From: Candidatus Multivoradales bacterium
GTDB lineage: Bacteria; Acidobacteriota; Thermoanaerobaculia; Multivoradales; J023
Length of the DNA stretch: 64,000 bases
Assembly (NCBI GenBank): GCA_965248925.1
Contig: CBDFLE010000006.1
Location: 4,128,001 to 4,192,000, forward strand
Direction: 5' to 3'
Under the pieces are notes generated by a model, which was not told the origin of the DNA, ran no database searches, and saw only the letters and a list, made by a program, of their open reading frames with translations. Positions 20,473 to 29,494 of the stretch are shown piece after piece. The stretch's first letter is position 1; every line of letters begins with the position of its first letter. Made by a program: the position numbers and the translations under genes.

Positions 20473-20745
20473 GCTCGGTGGCTCCTCTACGCAGGGGTTC
20501 GGTAGCCAGCGCCCGGGCCAGCCGGCGGCGGCTGGCACCTGGACGCCAGTCACAGTCTCACGGCAGCAGGGTCTCACAAGAAACGGCTCTAGAAAGGGCA
20601 CGCGGAAGGAGTGACGGACGGGGGACAAAGGAGGGTGCCCGATTTCCGCCAACGATCTTGGCCCACTTCTGGCGAGTTGTCCGCGTCATCCCTCAGGAAA
20701 TCCGAACGCTCTTTCTAGGAGTGGTTCCACAACGGAGGAAACGAG

Positions 20746-21267
20746 ATGACATGGAAAAGCACCCTTCTACTCGGTCTGATAGCCGCCGCGCTGACGATGC
20801 CGGCGACCCCTTCCTGGGGGGCGACTTGCTTCGGCTCCAACGCTACGATTCTCGGCACCGGCGGCGCTGACTTGATCTACGGCACCTCCGGGGCCGACGT
20901 GATCGATGCCGAAGGTGGCAACGACGTGATCGATGCCAAAGCTGGCAACGACAAGATCTGTGGCCGGTCGGGCAACGACAAGATCACCGCCGGGTCGGGC
21001 CACGACTCGGTCGAGGGCGGCAATGGCTATGACCAGATCGCTGGTGGCAGCGGCCGTGACGATGTGCGAGGAAACGCCGGGGACGACACTGTTGATGGCG
21101 GTATCGGACATGACGACGTTTGGGGGTACGGCGGCAACGACTTTGTTCTCGGTGGCGACGGCACCAACCTCGTCCACGGCGGAAACGGCTACGACTATTC
21201 GACGACACTGGGTCCGGGCAACCAGACCTTCGTCTCGATCGAAGTTCTCTTTCCGCGGCCGCTGTAG
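20746..21267 (+). CDS. Secreted Ca-binding RTX-repeat protein, copy 3
   Basis: 173 aa, MTWKSTLLLG signal peptide variant, GGxGxD repeats. Confidence 0.85.
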   Translation: MTWKSTLLLGLIAAALTMPATPSWGATCFGSNATILGTGGADLIYGTSGADVIDAEGGNDVIDAKAGNDKICGRSGNDKITAGSGHDSVEGGNGYDQIAGGSGRDDVRGNAGDDTVDGGIGHDDVWGYGGNDFVLGGDGTNLVHGGNGYDYSTTLGPGNQTFVSIEVLFPRPL

Positions 21268-21308
21268 CGCCCCCGACCGGACTTGACGGCCTTGAGCGCA
21301 GGTTCGCC

Positions 21309-21335
21309 AGAGCTGGCCTTCGACGGGCCAGCTCT
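21309..21335. terminator. Hairpin between convergent Ca-binding and sigma genes (also 22568-22594 and equivalents in the later units)
   Basis: AGAGCTGGCC-ttcgacg-GGCCAGCTCT; variant GGAGCCGGCC-tccgacg-GGCCGGCTCT. Confidence 0.6.
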
Positions 21336-21346
21336 CCGGGGCCGCT

Positions 21347-21847
21347 CTACTGCCCGGGTCCGCCTCCCTCTCGTAGCTGGCGTTGCAGGAAAGCCCGGGC
21401 GCAACGCCATTCCCGCTTAACGGTCCGACCGCTCACCCCCAAGGCCGAAGCGGTCTCCTCGACCGACAGACCAGCGAAGTAGCGCAGCTCGACGACCTTG
21501 CCCGCGCGCCGATCCCGGGCCTCCAGCTCGCACAGGGCGGCGTCGAGTTCCAACCAATCGGTAGGGCTGGCGCTGGCCACGTTTGCGGCCATGATGAGCG
21601 GTAGCACCGGCGCCCCTTCGCCACGTTTGAGGCTGACCTTACGGCGAAAATGATCGACCAGGATGCGGCGCATGATGCGGGCGGCGATGGCAAAGAAATG
21701 CTCTCAATTCTGCCAATCTGAACGCCCCTGCTTGACCAACCGAAGGTAGGCTTCGTTGACCAGCTCGGTGGGCCGCAGGGACGGGTTCGCCGGGTCGCTG
21801 GAGAGTCGTCGAGCGGCAATGGCATGAAGTGCCGGATAGATCATCCG
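21347..21847 (-). pseudogene. 5'-truncated ECF sigma copy 1 with CGA>TGA nonsense (108-aa sigma4-containing ORF 21347-21673 remains)
   Basis: Near-identical to 25124-25624 apart from the missing first ~27 codons, the stop after WQN and a few SNPs. Confidence 0.85.
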
Positions 21848-22004
21848 GCGGAAAGGAGACGCGGAAGGAGTGCCGGACGGGGGACAAAGGAGGGTGCCCG
21901 ATTTCCGCCAACGATCTTGGCCCACTTCTGGCGAGTTGTCCGCGTCATCCCTCAGGAAATCCGAACGCTCTTTCTAGGAGTGGTTCCACAACGGAGGAAA
22001 CGAG

Positions 22005-22526
22005 ATGACATGGAAAAGCACCCTTCTACTCGGTCTGATAGCCGCCGCGCTGACGATGCCGGCGACCCCTTCCTGGGGGGCGACTTGCTTCGGCTCCAAC
22101 GCTACGATTCTCGGCACCGGCGGCGCTGACTTGATCTACGGCACCTCCGGGGCCGACGTGATCGATGCCAAAGGTGGCAACGACGTGATCGATGCCAAAG
22201 GTGGCAACGACAAGATCTGTGGCCGGTCGGGCAACGACAAGATCACCGCCGGGTCGGGCCACGACTCGGTCGAGGGCGGCAATGGCAATGACCAGATCGA
22301 TGGTGACAGCGGCAGGGACGATGTGCGAGGAAACGCCGGGGACGACACTGTTGATGGCGGTATCGGACATGACGACGTTTGGGGGTACGGCGGCAACGAC
22401 TTTGTTCTCGGTGGCGACGGCACCAACCTCGTCCACGGCGGAAACGGCTACGACTATTCGACGACACTGGGTCCGGGCAACCAGACCTTCGTCTCGATCG
22501 AAGTCTTGCTTTCCGCAGCCGTGTAG
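22005..22526 (+). CDS. Secreted Ca-binding RTX-repeat protein, copy 4
   Basis: 173 aa; C-terminus LLSAAV. Confidence 0.85.
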   Translation: MTWKSTLLLGLIAAALTMPATPSWGATCFGSNATILGTGGADLIYGTSGADVIDAKGGNDVIDAKGGNDKICGRSGNDKITAGSGHDSVEGGNGNDQIDGDSGRDDVRGNAGDDTVDGGIGHDDVWGYGGNDFVLGGDGTNLVHGGNGYDYSTTLGPGNQTFVSIEVLLSAAV

Positions 22527-22605
22527 CGCTCCTGGGCGGACCCGACGGCTGCGAGCGTGGGTTCGTTGGAGCCGGCCTCCGACGGGCCGGCTCTCAGGGG
22601 CCGCT

Positions 22606-23106
22606 CTAGGCCCTGGGTCCGCCTCCCTCTCGTAGCTGGCGTTGCAGGAAAGCCCGGGCGCAACGCCATTCCCGCTTAACGGTCCGACCGCTCACCCCCA
22701 AAGCCGAAGCGGTCTCCTCGACCGACAGACCAGCGAAGTAGCGCAGCTCGACGACCTTGCCCGCGCGCCGATCCCGGGCCTCCAGCTCGCACAGGGCGGC
22801 GTCGAGTTCTAACCAATCGGTAGGGCTGGCGCTGGCCACGTTTGCGGCCATGATGAGCGGTAGCACCGGCGCCCCTTCACCACGTTTGAGGCTGACCTTA
22901 CGGCGAAAATGATCGACCAGGATGCGGCGCATGATGCGGGCGGCGATGGCAAAGAAATGCTCTCAATTCTGCCAATCTGAACGCCCCTGCTTGACCAACC
23001 GAAGGTAGGCTTCGTTGACCAGCTCGGTGGGCCGCAGGGACGGGTTCGCCGGGTCGCTGGAGAGTCGTCGAGCGGCAATGGCATGAAGTGCCGGATAGAT
23101 CATCCG
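22606..23106 (-). pseudogene. 5'-truncated ECF sigma copy 2 with nonsense codon
   Basis: As copy 1, shifted by 1259. Confidence 0.85.
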
Positions 23107-23263
23107 GCGGAAAGGAGACGCGGAAGGAGTGCCGGACGGGGGACAAAGGAGGGTGCCCGATTTCCGCCAACGATCTTGGCCCACTTCTGGCGAGTTGTCC
23201 GCGTCATCCCTCAGGAAATCCGAACGCTCTTTCTAGGAGTGGTTCCACAACGGAGGAAACGAG

Positions 23264-23785
23264 ATGACATGGAAAAGCACCCTTCTACTCGGTCTGATAG
23301 CCGCCGCGCTGACGATGCCGGCGACCCCTTCCTGGGGGGCGACTTGCTTCGGCTCCAACGCTACGATTCTCGGCACCGGCGGCGCTGACTTGATCTACGG
23401 CACCTCCGGGGCCGACGTGATCGATGCCAAAGGTGGCAACGACGTGATCGATGCCAAAGGTGGCAACGACAAGATCTGTGGCCGGTCGGGCAACGACAAG
23501 ATCACCGCCGGGTCGGGCCACGACTCGGTCGAGGGCGGCAATGGCAATGACCAGATCGATGGTGACAGCGGCAGGGACGATGTGCGAGGAAACGCCGGGG
23601 ACGACACTGTTGATGGCGGTATCGGACATGACGACGTTTGGGGGTACGGCGGCAACGACTTTGTTCTCGGTGGCGACGGCACCAACCTCGTCCACGGCGG
23701 AAACGGCTACGACTATTCGACGACACTGGGTCCGGGCAACCAGACCTTCGTCTCGATCGAAGTTCTCTTTCCGCGGCCGCTGTAG
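23264..23785 (+). CDS. Secreted Ca-binding RTX-repeat protein, copy 5
   Basis: 173 aa; C-terminus LFPRPL. Confidence 0.85.
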   Translation: MTWKSTLLLGLIAAALTMPATPSWGATCFGSNATILGTGGADLIYGTSGADVIDAKGGNDVIDAKGGNDKICGRSGNDKITAGSGHDSVEGGNGNDQIDGDSGRDDVRGNAGDDTVDGGIGHDDVWGYGGNDFVLGGDGTNLVHGGNGYDYSTTLGPGNQTFVSIEVLFPRPL

Positions 23786-23864
23786 CGCCCCCGACCGGAC
23801 TTGACGGCCTTGAGCGCAGGTTCGCCAGAGCTGGCCTTCGACGGGCCAGCTCTCCGGGGCCGCT

Positions 23865-24365
23865 CTACTGCCCGGGTCCGCCTCCCTCTCGTAGCTGGCG
23901 TTGCAGGAAAGCCCGGGCGCAACGCCATTCCCGCTTAACGGTCCGACCGCTCACCCCCAAAGCCGAAGCGGTCTCCTCGACCGACAGACCAGCGAAGTAG
24001 CGCAGCTCGACGACCTTGCCCGCGCGCCGATCCCGGGCCTCCAGCTCGCACAGGGCGGCGTCGAGTTCCAACCAATCGGTAGGGCTGGCGCTGGCCACGT
24101 TTGCGGCCATGATGAGCGGTAGCACCGGCGCCCCTTCACCACGTTTGAGGCTGACCTTACGGCGAAAATGATCGACCAGGATGCGGCGCATGATGCGGGC
24201 GGCGATGGCAAAGAAATGCTCTCAATTCTGCCAATCTGAACGCCCCTGCTTGACCAACCGAAGGTAGGCTTCGTTGACCAGCTCGGTGGGCCGCAGGGAC
24301 GGGTTCGCCGGGTCGCTGGAGAGTCGTCGAGCGGCAATGGCATGAAGTGCCGGATAGATCATCCG
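23865..24365 (-). pseudogene. 5'-truncated ECF sigma copy 3 with nonsense codon
   Basis: As copy 1, shifted by 2518. Confidence 0.85.
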
Positions 24366-24522
24366 GCGGAAAGGAGACGCGGAAGGAGTGCCGGACGGGG
24401 GACAAAGGAGGGTGCCCGATTTCCGCCAACGATCTTGGCCCACTTCTGGCGAGTTGTCCGCGTCATCCCTCAGGAAATCCGAACGCTCTTTCTAGGAGTG
24501 GTTCCACAACGGAGGAAACGAG

Positions 24523-25044
24523 ATGACATGGAAAAGCACCCTTCTACTCGGTCTGATAGCCGCCGCGCTGACGATGCCGGCGACCCCTTCCTGGGGGGCG
24601 ACTTGCTTCGGCTCCAACGCTACGATTCTCGGCACCGGCGGCGCTGACTTGATCTACGGCACCTCCGGGCCCGACGTGATCGATGCCAAAGGTGGCAACG
24701 ACGTGATCGATGCCAAAGGTGGCAACGACAAGGTCTGTGGCCGGTCGGGCAACGACGTGATCGACGCCGGGTCGGGCCACGACCGGGTCGAGGGCGGCAA
24801 TGGCAATGACCAGATCGATGGTGGCAGCGGCAGTGACAATGTGCGAGGAAACGCCGGGGACGACACTGTTGACGGCGGTATCGGACATGACGACGTTTGG
24901 GGGTACGGCGGCAACGACTTTGTTCTCGGTGGCGACGGCAACAACCTCGTTCACGGCGGCAACGGCTTCGACCAGTCGACGATCCTGGGTCCGGGCATCC
25001 AGACTTTCGTCTCGGTCGAACTCCTCCTTCCGGGGCCGCTGTAG
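24523..25044 (+). CDS. Secreted Ca-binding RTX-repeat protein, copy 6 (most divergent of the B units)
   Basis: 173 aa; C-terminus FDQSTILGPGIQTFVSVELLLPGPL. Confidence 0.85.
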   Translation: MTWKSTLLLGLIAAALTMPATPSWGATCFGSNATILGTGGADLIYGTSGPDVIDAKGGNDVIDAKGGNDKVCGRSGNDVIDAGSGHDRVEGGNGNDQIDGGSGSDNVRGNAGDDTVDGGIGHDDVWGYGGNDFVLGGDGNNLVHGGNGFDQSTILGPGIQTFVSVELLLPGPL

Positions 25045-25123
25045 CGCTCCTGGGCGGACCCGACGGCTGCGAGCGTGGGTTCGTTGGAGCCGGCCTCCGA
25101 CGGGCCGGCTCTCAGGGGCCGCT

Positions 25124-25705
25124 CTAGGCCCTGGGTCCGCCTCCCTCTCGTAGCTGGCGTTGCAGGAAAGCCCGGGCGCAACGCCATTCCCGCTTAACGG
25201 TCCGACCGCTCACCCCCAAAGCCGAAGCGGTCTCCTCGACCGACAGACCAGCGAAGTAGCGCAGCTCGACGACCTTGCCCGCGCGCCGATCCCGGGCCTC
25301 CAGCTCGCACAGGGCGGCGTCGAGTTCTAACCAATCGGTAGGGCTGGCGCTGGCCACGTTTGCGGCCATGATGAGCGGTAGCACCGGCGCCCCTTCACCA
25401 CGTTTGAGGCTGACCTTACGGCGAAAATGATCGACCAGGATGCGGCGCATGATGCGGGCGGCGATGGCAAAGAAATGCTCTCGATTCTGCCAATCTGAAC
25501 GCCCCTGCTTGACCAATCGAAGGTAGGCTTCGTTGACCAGCTCGGTGGGCTGCAGGGACGGGTTCGCCGGGTCGCTGGAGAGTCGTCGAGCGGCAATGGA
25601 ATGAAGTGCCGGATAGATCATCCGCATCAGATCTCGTTCGGCACCCGCGTCTCCCCCTTGCCATTTCTGAAGCAGTGCGGTGATGTCGGCGGAAGGTGTG
25701 CTCAT
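25124..25705 (-). CDS. ECF-type sigma factor, TIGR02999 (Ser/Thr-kinase-associated) family
   Basis: DITALLQKWQGGD, SLQPTELVNEAYLRL, WQNREHFFAIAARIMRRILVD, VVELRYFAGLSVEETA..RTVKREW. Confidence 0.93.
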   Translation of the reverse strand: MSTPSADITALLQKWQGGDAGAERDLMRMIYPALHSIAARRLSSDPANPSLQPTELVNEAYLRLVKQGRSDWQNREHFFAIAARIMRRILVDHFRRKVSLKRGEGAPVLPLIMAANVASASPTDWLELDAALCELEARDRRAGKVVELRYFAGLSVEETASALGVSGRTVKREWRCARAFLQRQLREGGGPRA

Positions 25706-25727
25706 TCGGGATCTCCAAGCGGCTTGC

Positions 25728-28397
25728 TCAACCCTTGCTCATCCATTCTTCGAGATCCGCCGCCAGCGACTCGCGGCCGGTCGTCTGGTAGAGCTCGACC
25801 AGCCAGCGGGCGGCCCTGAAACGAAACCGATTCGACAGCTTACCATCGCGCGACAAGACCTCGTGACAAGGGATGAGCAAATTCTCCGCCTCCTCCACCC
25901 GACCCTGGCGCAAGAAGGCTCCACCAAGGTCAGCCTTGGCAACACAGGCATTGCGCCCGTCGGCGCCGCCGCGAGAGTGACGGCTAAAGATGGCGATGGC
26001 GCCGCGAAGATGATCCTCGGCTTCGCCGGGGCGGGCCAGCTCGATCAGCGTCGCTCCCAACCCGGCCTTGAAGTAGCCCATGCGCAGATTATCCTCCCCG
26101 CCGCCGCTCAGCTGGAGTTCGATGGCGCGGCGAAAATAGCCTTCGGCCTCGGCGAAGCCTTGGTTGGAAAAAAGCACGCCACCGATGTTGTTGACTTTGG
26201 TGGCCAGCTCGGGATTCTCGGAGCCCAACAGACCTTCCTGGATACGCAGAGCGCGCTGATAGTTGGCCAGCGCCCGGACACCGTCTCCCAGATCCCGATA
26301 GAGACTTCCCAAGGTGGTCAGCGCATCGGCCACCATGGGGTGCTCTTCGCCATAGAGTTCTTGGGCCAGCTGGGCCGCCTGCCGGCCCAGCACCAGGCCC
26401 TCCTCGGCACGCCCTTCACGGCCCGCCAGGCGGGCCAGGCGGCGCAGGGCCCGCGCCGCGGTCGGATGCCGTGCCGCATCGAGGGAGTCTAGCAGCGCCA
26501 GGCTCTGGCGAAAAAGCTCCGAGGCCTCGCCGCGGTCGCCTTCGAGCTCCAGGGTTTCCCCCAAGGCCACCAAACCACTGGCGTGCTCCAAGCTCTGGGC
26601 ACCAAAATAGGCGATCGTCTCTTCGACCGCCCGACGATGTAGAACGATGCCGGCCGGACGGTTGCTACGGTCGAACTCGATATCTCCCAACAGCCGGAGG
26701 GTATCGGCGGAGCCGGCGCTCGCGGTGGCGAGAAATCCCCGCAGTGCGACTTGCGCGGTTTCGTGGGCGCCGTCCAGATCGCCCTGTACGTACTGCAAGC
26801 TCGCCAGCTCCTTTTGGGTCAGAGCGAGGCTCTCGCTGGCCGGGCCCAAAGTCTGTTCTTTGAGGATCAGCGCCTCTTCCAACGCTCCACTGGCCTGCGA
26901 AAACAGTCCCAACGCTGCTTGCACCGAGCCGATGGTATGCAGCAGGTCCGCTTTGGCGACCAGATCGTCGTCCAGACTATTGCGGATCGAACGCACGCCG
27001 GCCTCGAGAATCTCCCGAGCGGTGACATTGGCTCCCCGGGTGCGAGCCGGGTCCGCTTGCAGGAAGGCATCTTTGAGCAGGGTGCTGACCCGCTCTGCCC
27101 GGCCTTGTTGCTGACGGGCCAGATCCCGCTCCCGTGCCGCCTCCCGAGCCAGGAACAAGGAGGTGATGGCAAAGGCGAGCACCAGCGCCAGAAACGCCAC
27201 CGAGGCACCCACCGCCAGTAGGTGTCGGCGCATGAATTTGCCGATGCGGTAGCGCCAAGTCGGCGGCCTGGCGGCGATTGGCAGACCTCGACGGCAACGG
27301 TCGAGATCGTCGACCCAACGATCCACCGACCCGTAGCGGGCCGCTGGATCCGACCGCAAGGCCTTGGCCAGAACAATCTCCAGGTCCCCTGCCAGGGCTC
27401 GCCGCAGCCCCTGGACCGTCGTATTTCGGCACTCGGCTGCCGCCGCCAGCTCCGCCGAGGCGCCGCGCCGGCGGCCCGGCAGCCAGCGACCGATCGGCCA
27501 AGAGCCCGGTTCCCCGCGTGTTGCGGTAGCTTGAGAGTCGGACTGCTCCGGCGGTCGTCCACTGAGCAGTTCATCTAGGAGCACCGCCAGCGAGTAGACG
27601 TCCGAAGCCGTCGAGATAGGAGCCCCCGCCCGTTGTTCGGGGCTGGCGTAGCGCGGGGTGAGAAAGGAGTCTCGGGTCTTGGTTTGAGGATCCGCCGTAC
27701 TCCGCAAGAGCTTGGCAATGCCGAAGTCGAGGAGCTTGGGCTCGCCGTCTTCGGTGACCAGGATATTGCCTGGCTTGAGGTCTCGATGGACCACCAATCT
27801 GCGGTGGGCGAAGCTCACCGCAGAGCACACTTTGAAAAACAGCTCGAGGCGTGCCTCGATGGAGAGGCGGCGGCGGTCGCAGGCCGCGGTGATGGCCTCG
27901 CCCTCGACATAATCCATCACCAAGTAGGGCAGGCCGTCAGCCGTCGTACCGCCATCGAGGAGACGCGCGATGTTGGGGTGGTCCAGCATCGCCAGGATCT
28001 GCCGCTCCTGACGAAAACGATCGAGGGCCAGGGCGCTGTCGAGACCCAGAGGCAGGATCTTGATGGCGACTCGCTGGTCGTACTCCTGGTCCGCCCGCTC
28101 GGCCAGGTACACCACTCCCATGCCACCTCGGCCGAGCCGACTTTTCAGCCGGTAAGGACCCAGCTGCCGGTCGATCCAGGATTCGTCTTGCAGCTCCGCG
28201 AGGACGGTCGGGAGCCGCGCGGCATTCTCGGTCGGCGACAGCAACTCCAGGTCGTTGCGGAGCAGGGAATCGACTTCCCTGGCCAGCCAAGGATCTTTCT
28301 CGGCGACCTCCACGAGGCGCTCGGCGCGGCTTTCCTCGTCCGCTTCTGAAAGTTCCAGAAAGAGTTCCTTGGCTCGCTGCCAGCTTTTTTCGACCAT
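25728..28397 (-). CDS. Hanks-type Ser/Thr protein kinase with TM helix and TPR repeats
   Basis: LGRGGMGVVY, VAIK, HRDLKPGN, LLDFGIAK, TPRYASPEQ; TM segment near residue 400; TPR C-terminus. Confidence 0.95.
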   Translation of the reverse strand: MVEKSWQRAKELFLELSEADEESRAERLVEVAEKDPWLAREVDSLLRNDLELLSPTENAARLPTVLAELQDESWIDRQLGPYRLKSRLGRGGMGVVYLAERADQEYDQRVAIKILPLGLDSALALDRFRQERQILAMLDHPNIARLLDGGTTADGLPYLVMDYVEGEAITAACDRRRLSIEARLELFFKVCSAVSFAHRRLVVHRDLKPGNILVTEDGEPKLLDFGIAKLLRSTADPQTKTRDSFLTPRYASPEQRAGAPISTASDVYSLAVLLDELLSGRPPEQSDSQATATRGEPGSWPIGRWLPGRRRGASAELAAAAECRNTTVQGLRRALAGDLEIVLAKALRSDPAARYGSVDRWVDDLDRCRRGLPIAARPPTWRYRIGKFMRRHLLAVGASVAFLALVLAFAITSLFLAREAARERDLARQQQGRAERVSTLLKDAFLQADPARTRGANVTAREILEAGVRSIRNSLDDDLVAKADLLHTIGSVQAALGLFSQASGALEEALILKEQTLGPASESLALTQKELASLQYVQGDLDGAHETAQVALRGFLATASAGSADTLRLLGDIEFDRSNRPAGIVLHRRAVEETIAYFGAQSLEHASGLVALGETLELEGDRGEASELFRQSLALLDSLDAARHPTAARALRRLARLAGREGRAEEGLVLGRQAAQLAQELYGEEHPMVADALTTLGSLYRDLGDGVRALANYQRALRIQEGLLGSENPELATKVNNIGGVLFSNQGFAEAEGYFRRAIELQLSGGGEDNLRMGYFKAGLGATLIELARPGEAEDHLRGAIAIFSRHSRGGADGRNACVAKADLGGAFLRQGRVEEAENLLIPCHEVLSRDGKLSNRFRFRAARWLVELYQTTGRESLAADLEEWMSKG

Positions 28398-28495
28398 CGT
28401 GCGTCACCTTCCAAAATTTCGAATAGTTCTTGAGTTAGTATGAGACAGGGGGTTTCGCCAGCGAATGACGAATGAGGGGCTATTTCTTCTTCTCT

Positions 28496-28524
28496 TGTCC
28501 CATTTCCATGGGTTCTTATGCGTC
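28496..28524 (+). promoter_or_regulatory. Putative ECF promoter
   Basis: TGTCCC-N17-TGCGTC upstream of ATG 28591. Confidence 0.5.
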
Positions 28525-28590
28525 AGTGACTGAGCGAGAGCTGAAACAAGGGGTCGAGAACTGATCATCAAGAGCAAAGGAGAACCAAAC

Positions 28591-29283
28591 ATGTCACGCC
28601 TCCACCATAGAACCCTTTGGCTGGCCGTCCTGATCTGGGCGTTGGCGCCGTCGAACTCTCAATCCGAGAATACCGTGCGACCCTGGGATTGCGATGTCAT
28701 GGGCTCGGATCATTACTTTCTGGACCGCTTCGCGAGCCATGAGGGCACCGTCGGCGTGGTGGAGAAAGACTCCGAGTGCCGGGCCCACTCCCCGGACGGC
28801 TGGGTAGAGATCGATCTTGCCCAACAGCCCGCCCAGGTGGTCGTTGACTTCGATATCGACCTCACGGAGCTGACGATTTCGGACCGCGAGCAGTTGCAGG
28901 TTTTTCAATTCGTCCGCTTGGACGGCAGCCCTATCGCCTCCGTCTGGATCCGCCGCCTGGGTCTTGATGACTGGGTGAATCTACAGTGGAGTGACGACCA
29001 GAGCAACGGCACGCTGCGCTACCTCGCCAAGCTACGCCGAGGTGAGCAACGGCTCAGCGTGACCTGGACCGCGACCCATCCCGAGGTCGTCGGCGGGCTC
29101 AAGCTCAGCTTGGCGGGGCAAGTGATCGCCGAGTTGAGCGGACTGATCATGGAGGACTACAGCACTCCGGTTCGAGCCCTAGTCGGCCTGATCGGCGGAG
29201 ATTCCGGGATCGAGGGCGAGCTCGTCTTCCGGCCGGTAGGCTTCTCCTGGAGGTTCGCACCGGCTTCGAGCCTTGTTCCTTAG
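28591..29283 (+). CDS. Secreted hypothetical protein (beta-rich)
   Basis: RBS AAGGAG, signal peptide, followed by a terminator; no family recognised. Confidence 0.7.
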   Translation: MSRLHHRTLWLAVLIWALAPSNSQSENTVRPWDCDVMGSDHYFLDRFASHEGTVGVVEKDSECRAHSPDGWVEIDLAQQPAQVVVDFDIDLTELTISDREQLQVFQFVRLDGSPIASVWIRRLGLDDWVNLQWSDDQSNGTLRYLAKLRRGEQRLSVTWTATHPEVVGGLKLSLAGQVIAELSGLIMEDYSTPVRALVGLIGGDSGIEGELVFRPVGFSWRFAPASSLVP

Positions 29284-29320
29284 GGTCCTCCTCAATCTGG
29301 CCGCCGCCGGAGCGACCAGC

Positions 29321-29345
29321 AAGGCCCTTCTTCGGAGGGGCCTTT
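29321..29345 (+). terminator. Intrinsic terminator
   Basis: AAGGCCCTTC-TTCG-GAGGGGCCTT-T. Confidence 0.75.
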
Positions 29346-29388
29346 GTCGTATCTGCAGCCTGCCCGAGCGCCTCTCACCCCTCCCTGT

Positions 29389-29416
29389 TGTCACTTCGTG
29401 GCTGCTTTTGCGCGTC
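29389..29416 (+). promoter_or_regulatory. Putative ECF promoter of the Rhs gene
   Basis: TGTCAC-N16-CGCGTC between the terminator and the RBS GGAGG. Confidence 0.4.
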
Positions 29417-29494
29417 AGCTCTTAAGACGACTACCACCGCGGGGTCAGCCGGCAAGCTCGCCGAGCGACGGCGGCGCCGCGAAGAAGGAGGCTA

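Larger units (their letters stand above)
16999..20600. repeat. Tandem repeat A, 1433-bp period, about 2.5 copies (5' part of carboxypeptidase-repeat gene + divergent promoters + Ca-binding gene)
   Basis: Junction sequence TAGCT(T/C)GCCAGAGCTCGATCCG at 16999, 18432 and 19865; the third copy has a ~42-bp deletion near 20590. Confidence 0.95.
20600..25624. repeat. Tandem repeat B, 1259-bp period, 4 copies (promoters + Ca-binding gene + hairpin + ECF sigma 3' part)
   Basis: Ca-binding gene starts at 20746, 22005, 23264 and 24523; the last unit merges into the intact sigma gene. Confidence 0.95.

Noticed and set aside
17922-25044. Diversity-generating retroelement (TR/VR) explanation for the variable copies
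   Set aside because: No reverse transcriptase in the window. Copy 3 changes lean towards adenines, but other copies differ at G, C and T, and whole genes with flanks are duplicated.
16999-25624. Tandem units as IS or transposon copies
   Set aside because: No transposase, terminal inverted repeats or target-site duplications; units consist of local gene pieces.
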